This document shows positions 26,053-33,323 of a stretch of 64,000 nucleotides of DNA, in pieces. Where the stretch lies: the NCBI GenBank assembly GCA_002721705.1, contig PBLJ01000022.1:4482-68481 (forward strand). The letters are read 5' to 3'. Position 1 is the stretch's first letter. Each line of letters opens with the position of its first letter. Source of the stretch: Opitutia bacterium (GTDB lineage: Bacteria > Verrucomicrobiota > Verrucomicrobiia > Opitutales > Seribacteraceae). Made by a program: the position numbers and the translations under genes. The notes under the pieces were generated by a model. It had not been told where the DNA came from, did not search any database, and saw nothing but the letters and a program-made list of their open reading frames with translations.

Positions 26053-27525
26053 TTAGGGTTTCCCAAGCCAATTGCGCTTGGTTCCCCCATGGATAAAGAG
26101 TTTGTTGTCGGCGCTGGCAAGCATGAGGGCAACGGTTGCATTGCCTATCGGATGATACCCGAGGTAAGCATCGCCGGCGTAATTTCGCTTACTGCCAAAA
26201 TAAGCCGCCGTGTCAGCCGAGGTTCGGCAAAGCTCCAGATAAGGAATCCATTTCCTCATGACTTCCCGATGAGCCTTGGGGTCGATCACCTTGATTCCGG
26301 CCATGCCGTAAATTAAACCGATGGAAGTCATGGAATGAGCATGTCGCATGCGAGCTTGGTGACGTACCAGCGAGTTAGCGAGCCCCTCGGCCAGCTTGGG
26401 TTCCTCGTCCGCGACGGACAAGGCGACGGTCATGGCGCCGGTTCGGGCGGGAATGTCGGGGTAGTCAGGAACCCGCGAAGAATAACCGATGCCCCCAGTC
26501 TTGGGGCCAACCGATTTTCGTATTTCCACCATCGAGCGATCCCATGCCTTGCGATCCACCTGGTAACCACACTTGGCGGCGAGGGCCCAAGCAAGGTGAG
26601 CCTGCACGTTGATGATAACCAAACCCGTTCCTTCGTAAGGCACGGCATAGTAATGGCCCATCCGGCCGTTTTCAGACACGCGGCCGGCGAGCAGGTCGCA
26701 ACATTTCTTGAGATCCGGAAAAAAAGTTTTGTCCCCCGTGGCCAGTTGGTATTCGGCCAACAGGATGGCAGAGGAGGACGCCTGCCAACTCTTCGGGCCC
26801 ACCTTGGGATCATCCGGCTTGATCTGAGCAATGCTCTTTTTGCGGATGAAGTCGATCGCCGCCTTGACCGTTGGCAAGTACTCCTTCCGGCCAGATGAAA
26901 GTACGGCCAATCCGCAGAAAGCCGACATGTAGACGTCGGCATCGCCACCGACTCCGGGTCTCCAGCTTCCACTGTCTAACTGGACGTCAACGAGATGATC
27001 CACGATTCCGGTGAAGTATTTCCGACTCTTCGGGCATTTCTGAGGAAAGGTCGAGGCAAAGACAGGTGAAGCCGGCACCTTCAGCTTAACGGTCACGTTT
27101 TTCTCTCCGCGCCGCGCTTGGAGTTGGAGCAGCTTTGACTTGGAGGAACAAGCCGCCTCAAGAGCATTGCCAAGCATTTCCTGAGGCCCCTCTAGGCCAG
27201 TGTCGGTGGACATGGAAAATGGCTTTGGCGTTTTGCCGCCAATCGAGAGAATTCGATCGCCGACCTGAAGCCCTCCACTTTCGGCGACGCCTCCCTTTCC
27301 GACGTCGCGCACAACAATTTCCTTTTCCCCTTCGTGCAACCTTCCCGTGGCGGACAACACGCCCATGGGAAAGTCATGAAAGTCCGGACTCTTCCCGTCG
27401 CTCAGCTTGGGCTGATACGGTTTCTCACCATGGCAAACCACGGCAAGAAAGGCGAGGTTCCCGACACACGCCAACAGGAATTGAATTGGTACAAGACGGA
27501 AAACGAGAAGGGATACTAAGTTCAT
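26053..27525 (-). CDS. Secreted PDZ-domain protein with a large all-helical C-terminal region (unknown function)
   Basis: 490 aa with an N-terminal hydrophobic segment. PDZ-like segment: VVRDVGKGGVAESGGLQVGDRILSIGGKTP. The remaining ~330 aa are rich in helical repeats with Gly/aromatic patterns (SGSWRPGVGGDADVYMSAFCGLAVL, SWQASSSAILLAEYQLATG), suggesting an alpha/alpha-toroid. That fold call is tentative. Confidence 0.6.
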   Translation of the reverse strand: MNLVSLLVFRLVPIQFLLACVGNLAFLAVVCHGEKPYQPKLSDGKSPDFHDFPMGVLSATGRLHEGEKEIVVRDVGKGGVAESGGLQVGDRILSIGGKTPKPFSMSTDTGLEGPQEMLGNALEAACSSKSKLLQLQARRGEKNVTVKLKVPASPVFASTFPQKCPKSRKYFTGIVDHLVDVQLDSGSWRPGVGGDADVYMSAFCGLAVLSSGRKEYLPTVKAAIDFIRKKSIAQIKPDDPKVGPKSWQASSSAILLAEYQLATGDKTFFPDLKKCCDLLAGRVSENGRMGHYYAVPYEGTGLVIINVQAHLAWALAAKCGYQVDRKAWDRSMVEIRKSVGPKTGGIGYSSRVPDYPDIPARTGAMTVALSVADEEPKLAEGLANSLVRHQARMRHAHSMTSIGLIYGMAGIKVIDPKAHREVMRKWIPYLELCRTSADTAAYFGSKRNYAGDAYLGYHPIGNATVALMLASADNKLFIHGGTKRNWLGKP

Positions 27526-27549
27526 GCGATAAGCAAGGTGATGACGAGT

Positions 27550-28875
27550 TCACTTCTTTTTACTTTTGCCAGTGTACTTTCCGTCGTCCTTCTGGCTGCG
27601 CGGCTCGCGGTAACCTTCGATGATGTAACGCTTGAACTTGGCCGTAATCTCGGGGTATTTGGCGGACAAGTCGTTTTTCTCCGCCATGTCCTTGCTCAGG
27701 TCGTAGAGGTACATGTGACCGCCCTTCCCTATCCCCTTCCATTTTCCTGAACGGGCGGCCCGCACGCCAAACTGCCAATACATGTACTCGTGCTGCTTTT
27801 GCTCTCCCTTGCCTAGCAAGGTGGGCACAACGGAGATGCCGTCGATGTCCTTCGGCACTTCCTTGGAGACACCAGCGATCTCGGCGAGAGTCGGCATGAC
27901 GTCAGGAAAGTACCAAGGGTGATCACTAACCGAGCCCGGCTTGATCTTGCCAGGCCAACGTACGACCATCGGGACGCGAATGCCGCCTTCGTTCAAAGAT
28001 CTTTTGTGGCCCTGCATGACGCCGCAGGAATTGTGGATGCCGTCAAAACGCTTGGCGGCCCCGTTGTCGGAGGTAAAGAACATCAAGGTGTTGTCGTAGA
28101 TCCCGAGCTTCTTGAGCAAAGCGGTGATCTCGCCGACCTGGCGATCCATCATGGTATCCATGGCGGCCGCAACCTTGGCGTCCTTGCTCTTCCACGGCTT
28201 GTCCTTGTAAATTTGCCAAGCGGGCTCGTCCTCGGGTATCTGGTAGGCAGCGTGCGGCGGGGTCCACGGGCAATACAGAAAAAACGGTTCGTCCTTGTTG
28301 TCCTTGATGAACTTGATCGTCTCGTCGTAGATGGCGTGGTGGGTGTAGCGCCCGTTGAGCTCGACCTTCTTGCTGTTGCGAAAGAGGTGTGTGTAATAGG
28401 TGTGGGCATGCCACTGGTTGTAATAGCCGTAGAAGAGGTCGAAGCCCTGGCGTTCGGCTGCCCCGTCCTTGCCTTGGTTCCCCAACCCCCACTTACCGAA
28501 TCCACCCGTGACGTAGCCGGCTTTCTTGAGTATCTCGGCTACGGTGACGTCCTCGGGAAAAAGCGGTATGCCTCCCGAGTTGCCGCGCACAGGGGTGTGT
28601 CCCTTGTGGTATCCGGTCATCAACGTGCTGCGGGCGGAAGCGCAAACGGTGTCACCCGAATAGCAATCCGTGAAACGCATGCCTTCCTTGGCCATTCGGT
28701 CGATGTTTGGCGTCAGGATGGTCTTGCTGCCGTAACATCCGAGGTCATGGTAGCCCATGTCGTCCACCATGATGAAAATGAGATTGGGCAGCTTGGGAGC
28801 GGCCTGCAAATGAAGGCAGGACAGGAAGCACAAGCAAAGTAAAGAAAGGAAGGAGTGAAGGGAAACAGGTTTCAT
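27550..28875 (-). CDS. Sulfatase (S1 family) with a non-canonical C-A-S-A-R active-site motif
   Basis: 441 aa with a signal peptide. Contains PNLIFIMVDDMGYHDLG, the motif TVCASARSTLMTG (Cys codon at 28644..28642, Arg at 28632..28630), GKWGLG, SDNGAAKRFDG and LYDLSKDMAEKNDLSAKYP. Confidence 0.88.
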   Translation of the reverse strand: MKPVSLHSFLSLLCLCFLSCLHLQAAPKLPNLIFIMVDDMGYHDLGCYGSKTILTPNIDRMAKEGMRFTDCYSGDTVCASARSTLMTGYHKGHTPVRGNSGGIPLFPEDVTVAEILKKAGYVTGGFGKWGLGNQGKDGAAERQGFDLFYGYYNQWHAHTYYTHLFRNSKKVELNGRYTHHAIYDETIKFIKDNKDEPFFLYCPWTPPHAAYQIPEDEPAWQIYKDKPWKSKDAKVAAAMDTMMDRQVGEITALLKKLGIYDNTLMFFTSDNGAAKRFDGIHNSCGVMQGHKRSLNEGGIRVPMVVRWPGKIKPGSVSDHPWYFPDVMPTLAEIAGVSKEVPKDIDGISVVPTLLGKGEQKQHEYMYWQFGVRAARSGKWKGIGKGGHMYLYDLSKDMAEKNDLSAKYPEITAKFKRYIIEGYREPRSQKDDGKYTGKSKKK

Positions 28876-28919
28876 GGTCGTATTAGGATAACTCCCCGGG
28901 CAGAGGAGAAGAAGGCAAG

Positions 28920-31900
28920 TTACTTTGACAGGAAGATATCGCTCTGCACCACCAAATGGATGAGGTCACGCAACCTGTCGTCCTTTTTCGAAAGCTCCGT
29001 CGTGATGCGATCGATTTCTCCGCGATCGACGGCCTCCAAGTGACGTCCCGTTGCGTAGGTGAGCATTTTTTTAGTAAGGCATCGAACGATCAAGTGCTTG
29101 CGCTCCATCAGCATTTTCTTGAATGCCACGATGTCGGCAATCTCATCGCCGTTGGCCATGGTGGCTGAGGTGTCGATGTTGCCCTTGGCTCGCTTGTATC
29201 TGTCCCGCCAGCGACCAACGACGTCGAAGTTTTCAAAGGCGAATCCCATCGGGTCGATTTTCACGTGGCAACTGTAGCAAGCGTCGTTTTTTCGATGCAG
29301 GGCAAGTTGCTCTCGGATCGTGGTGGCTTCGCGAGTGTCGGTAGGCAACGGCTCGACGTCCGGCGGCGGCGGCGACGGAGGCGTGCCCAAGATGTTTTCC
29401 AATACCCACACGCCACGAATCACGGGGGAAGTATCCACCCCATTGGCGGTCGCGGTCATCAATCCCGGCTGGGTGAAGATACCGCCTCGGCGAGGATCGT
29501 CCAACTTCACCTTGCGCAAGCGCTCGCCACGAATGCCTTCGCGCCTGTAGATCCATTTGGCCAAGGTCTGGTTCATGTAGGTGTAATCGGAATCGATGAA
29601 TTGCTCGATCCGGCCATTGGTTTTCAAGATATCGCCGAAATAAGTCGTGACCTGCTTCGCTAACATAGGCTCGATCTTTACGTTCTTGTAGAATTGCAAA
29701 TCTCCACCGGAAGGCGGCATGTCGCCCAGTTTGTCGAGTCGTAACCATGCCGATGGAAAGTGGCGCACGAATGCCTCCGCCTTGACGTCCTTGAGCATAC
29801 GTTCCACTTGTCGACTACGCTCCTTTGGATCATTGAGCTTACCCGAACGAGCGGAAGCGAACAGTTCTTCGTCGGGCATGGAAGACCAAAGGAAATAGCT
29901 GAGACGGGAGGCGATCTCGAAGGCATCCAGGCGACCGGACTTTTCGTGAAGGTAAAGGAATTGCGGGGAGCACAGGATGGCCGAATAGCCATCCTGCATG
30001 GCCCGAACCAGCAACGGGACTTCATTGTCGGGCTTTTTCGTGTTCTTGTTGGGGTCCCGCAAGCTATCCACTGACAGTTGGGCATGGGCCATTCCCGCCC
30101 CACCCCAACCGGCCCGGAAACTGTTGGGCTGACCGTAGGCGAAATACTCCACGCGAATGTCATGCTTGCCCGCCTCAAGCTTGACCGAACCTTTCTTGAG
30201 CTGGGCCCCGTGAAGCCCATCGTGCTCGACTACGATTTTACCGTCGACCATCAGGCGGCCTCCATCGTCCGATGCGATCTCGAAGACGTAATCCCCGGTT
30301 TTCGGAGCTTCCACGTTACCCGTGAAAACCATCCCGTATTTTTCTTTTTTCTTGGACACACGCAGGTCGATCAACCCATTGGGAAGGTCTCCTTGAGCAA
30401 AGGGTTTCAATTTATCAAACTCAGGTAATTTTTCCCACTGGCCTTCGTAAGCTTGGTATTTCAGGTTCTTGATACCACCTGGTAAGATGACGACGGGCTC
30501 AACCTTCTGCTTCAGGACAAGCTGGACGTAGGGCTCGATTAATTCGGGAGCAACAGGCCGCCTGAAGGCGCGCTCGGCGAAGGTGGTCATGAGTTGACGA
30601 ATTTCTTTCTCCTCGCCTATGCCCGAACCGTACAGGGCGGTATGGCTTTGGGGCGGCCATGCATCGAGCAAAGGTTCAACCGTTAGGCTGTAAATGCGAA
30701 GGTGCGGCCCCTTGTAACCATCCTTGACCAAGAGCTTAGCCAAATTGAATTGCCACTGATCATGACCTGGTTTGTCGAGCTTCTTGTCCGGACGCGCGAA
30801 ATAGGCGTCGGGGAGAAACTTCTCCACCATTTTTTCGGCCCGGTAGGTACGATCGTCGGGACCGTTCTCCCAACCAATCCAAGGGACCCATCTCTTGTCC
30901 ATCCACACTTCATGGGTAAAGCTTCTTTTCTTGCCATCGTCAGGAAGTGACCAAATGGCCACGGGCGTGGAAGTCGGACCAGCAATACCACCGTTGCCCG
31001 TGTTCGCGATGTTGAGGCAAAGCTGAAAACCCTTGGCTGGGGCAAAATGGATCATCTCGCCATACGGATGCACTCCGTTGTGGGCGGATGCTTCGATCGT
31101 AATGCGATAGCGAGCGGCAACCCCTACACCTTGCCGAAGCTTGGTGGGCGAAACGCGGCCATAGCGTTCATAGCCCTTTGCCATCATGTCGAAACCCGGG
31201 TTGAATTCCCGAGAAACCGCCTCGATGGGATGCTCTCCTTGCCCCTTGCCCTCGATCAAGTGCCCCGCAAAACTTTTCTTTTCGACATTGGGTTTCGGCT
31301 CAAGGCGAGTGGCTTGGGCCAGCACCTCTTCCACTGCCCCAAGCGTTAGCTTCAAGAGAAAGTCGGACATCACCAACTTGTCGCCCAAATTGAAGAATCC
31401 GTCCTCCTCTTCGTCCTCCGGAAAGAAACGCAGGGGATCATTGCCCGTTCGCTCGACGCTACCGTTCCCGTTGTTGTCGATCAATCTCGAACCAGCGGCA
31501 TCAGGACTGTATTCCGCTCCTTTCAAATACAACAGGTCGCGAAAGGTGTTACGCAATTCATACCGATTAAGCCTTCGAAGTACGGTCTGGCCACCTGTAC
31601 TTTTTTGTTTCGCATACGCCACCTTGAGGCGAGCGGTAAGGACATCGACCACCTTGCCGACTTCAGCCCTTGGGGGTTGTGGTTTCTTTTTCGGCGGCAT
31701 CTCGCCGAGGTTCAACTGGTCCAAGACTTCCTGCCAAATCTCCAAGATACGAGTTTCAGAAAGGTCGGTCCCAAGAGTATCCAAACGAATGTCGTTTTTT
31801 TGCTTTTCGGCGCCATGGCATTCGTAGCAGTGCTGCTTAAGAAAAGGCTTAAGGCCATCGAGCGTTTCGTCTCCGCAGGCCAAGCCGAACGGCAGAAAAA

Positions 31901-31952
31901 CCGCAACCGCTCCCCTGAGAGCGATGGTCAGCAATCGACTCATGCTTTCCAC
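28920..31952 (-). CDS. DUF1592/DUF1595/DUF1587/DUF1588/DUF1585-family protein with an N-terminal CxxCH module and an inserted PA14 domain
   Basis: 1010 aa with a signal peptide. Contains CYECHGAEKQKNDIRLD (planctomycete cytochrome-c-like) and a PA14 segment YQAYEGQWEKLPEF...GDYVFEIASDDGGRLMVDGKIVVEHDG...LEAGKHDIRVEYF (about 30080-30460). The C-terminal CYSCHVKIDPMGFAFENFD is typical of the DUF1588/1585 end. An alternative start ATG at 31943 forms an ATGA overlap with the upstream DUF1552 gene. Confidence 0.8.
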   Translation of the reverse strand: MESMSRLLTIALRGAVAVFLPFGLACGDETLDGLKPFLKQHCYECHGAEKQKNDIRLDTLGTDLSETRILEIWQEVLDQLNLGEMPPKKKPQPPRAEVGKVVDVLTARLKVAYAKQKSTGGQTVLRRLNRYELRNTFRDLLYLKGAEYSPDAAGSRLIDNNGNGSVERTGNDPLRFFPEDEEEDGFFNLGDKLVMSDFLLKLTLGAVEEVLAQATRLEPKPNVEKKSFAGHLIEGKGQGEHPIEAVSREFNPGFDMMAKGYERYGRVSPTKLRQGVGVAARYRITIEASAHNGVHPYGEMIHFAPAKGFQLCLNIANTGNGGIAGPTSTPVAIWSLPDDGKKRSFTHEVWMDKRWVPWIGWENGPDDRTYRAEKMVEKFLPDAYFARPDKKLDKPGHDQWQFNLAKLLVKDGYKGPHLRIYSLTVEPLLDAWPPQSHTALYGSGIGEEKEIRQLMTTFAERAFRRPVAPELIEPYVQLVLKQKVEPVVILPGGIKNLKYQAYEGQWEKLPEFDKLKPFAQGDLPNGLIDLRVSKKKEKYGMVFTGNVEAPKTGDYVFEIASDDGGRLMVDGKIVVEHDGLHGAQLKKGSVKLEAGKHDIRVEYFAYGQPNSFRAGWGGAGMAHAQLSVDSLRDPNKNTKKPDNEVPLLVRAMQDGYSAILCSPQFLYLHEKSGRLDAFEIASRLSYFLWSSMPDEELFASARSGKLNDPKERSRQVERMLKDVKAEAFVRHFPSAWLRLDKLGDMPPSGGDLQFYKNVKIEPMLAKQVTTYFGDILKTNGRIEQFIDSDYTYMNQTLAKWIYRREGIRGERLRKVKLDDPRRGGIFTQPGLMTATANGVDTSPVIRGVWVLENILGTPPSPPPPDVEPLPTDTREATTIREQLALHRKNDACYSCHVKIDPMGFAFENFDVVGRWRDRYKRAKGNIDTSATMANGDEIADIVAFKKMLMERKHLIVRCLTKKMLTYATGRHLEAVDRGEIDRITTELSKKDDRLRDLIHLVVQSDIFLSK

Positions 31953-33238
31953 TCGAGTCCCCGGAGGGTGCTCGTGCTCGGTCCAAAGCGGTCAATTTCC
32001 AGACCCGAGTTTTGCAAGATCGACAGCAACAAGTTGGCCGCCGGAACGCGTTCGCCGTCTGCTTCCGGATACACCTTGTGCTCACCATGCTTGTAACCGC
32101 CACCCGCCAAGACCAAGGGAAGGTTCTTGGTGGAATGCGTACCCGTAGCCATGCCGCAACCGTAAAGGATTGAGGTATGATCGAAGAGGGTACCGCCATT
32201 GATGGGATCTTCCTGTGCCTTCAGCAAGTCGATCAAGTAGGACATCATGGAAACCTGGAACCCTTCGATCTTCTTCAGGGCGGCCACGGGTTCATCGCGC
32301 TCGCCATGGTGGGAAAACCCATGATAGCCACCATTCAGACCAAAGTCGCCATTTGCAAATCCGCTGACACAAGTAATGGCGCGCGTGGAGTCCGTTTGGA
32401 GAGCCAAGGCGATGATCTCTATCATTGCCTTGAGTTGTTCCTCCGTACCGTTCCCGGGCTTGGGTTCGGGAATCGGGGCTTTGGGCTTCGGGCGTTCGAG
32501 CCAAGGCTCCTGTTGCTGGATTTTCTTCTCCAAGGTGCGAACCGAGTCAAAATACTCCTCCAGCTTCTGCTGATCCTGCTTGGCGAGCTCGCCGCTGAGC
32601 GACTTGGCCTGATCCCGGACCACGTCCAAAATACTGTTCTGCCGCTTGAAGCGCTCGGCTTGGGAAATCTTCTTGTCGGCCGTGTCCTCGAAGAACATGG
32701 CCCGATACGCAGCTCGCATGTCGATACTTGGCACTTGCACGCCGGTACGGGTAAAACTCAAGAGGTTCCGTTCACGCACCCCGAGAGTCATGGATGGGAA
32801 GCGCGTGGCTGCCCCATGATGCTCAGCCAATTTCTGATCGAGGCTGATATTCCCCTCGGGATAGTTATGAGCCAGAATGGGACGAACGCCGCTCAGGAAA
32901 ACGGGAACGCCTTGGTGGCCACCGGTGAACCCATGGTCCAGGTTCTGAAACAAGGTGACGTCCTTGCGATGTTTTTCCAACGCCTTCAACGTCTCCGGCA
33001 TATCGTAATCCGTCCCGGGTTGATTCACGTCGGGGAAAAACGCCTTTTGGTAAACGCCATAGTTGTTCGACAGACAGACAAAACGCTTCACTGTCTTGCT
33101 CTTGCCAGCAGCCATGGCAGTAGGCATCCACGACTCCATCATGGGCAAGGCGATCGCTACGCCAGCTCCTTTGAGAAAATTGCGACGGTTCAATTGGTCA
33201 TTCATGGCTGTCTCTCCCTTTTTAGTCGTTGCATGCAA
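31940..33238 (-). CDS. DUF1552 protein, Tat signal (partner of the DUF1592-family protein)
   Basis: 432 aa. Contains MNDQLNRRNFLKGAGVAIALP (Tat-like; alternative start M12 at 33205). Overall pattern and pairing are typical of DUF1552. Its stop overlaps the start of the next gene. Confidence 0.8.
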   Translation of the reverse strand: MHATTKKGETAMNDQLNRRNFLKGAGVAIALPMMESWMPTAMAAGKSKTVKRFVCLSNNYGVYQKAFFPDVNQPGTDYDMPETLKALEKHRKDVTLFQNLDHGFTGGHQGVPVFLSGVRPILAHNYPEGNISLDQKLAEHHGAATRFPSMTLGVRERNLLSFTRTGVQVPSIDMRAAYRAMFFEDTADKKISQAERFKRQNSILDVVRDQAKSLSGELAKQDQQKLEEYFDSVRTLEKKIQQQEPWLERPKPKAPIPEPKPGNGTEEQLKAMIEIIALALQTDSTRAITCVSGFANGDFGLNGGYHGFSHHGERDEPVAALKKIEGFQVSMMSYLIDLLKAQEDPINGGTLFDHTSILYGCGMATGTHSTKNLPLVLAGGGYKHGEHKVYPEADGERVPAANLLLSILQNSGLEIDRFGPSTSTLRGLEWKA

Positions 33239-33323
33239 TCTGCATGAGCAAAGGCATCTTCTATGACAAAGCTGCCTGCTTCAAGCCCAGAAAATAAGTT
33301 TGAGGGAAGTTTTCCGCAAAGGA

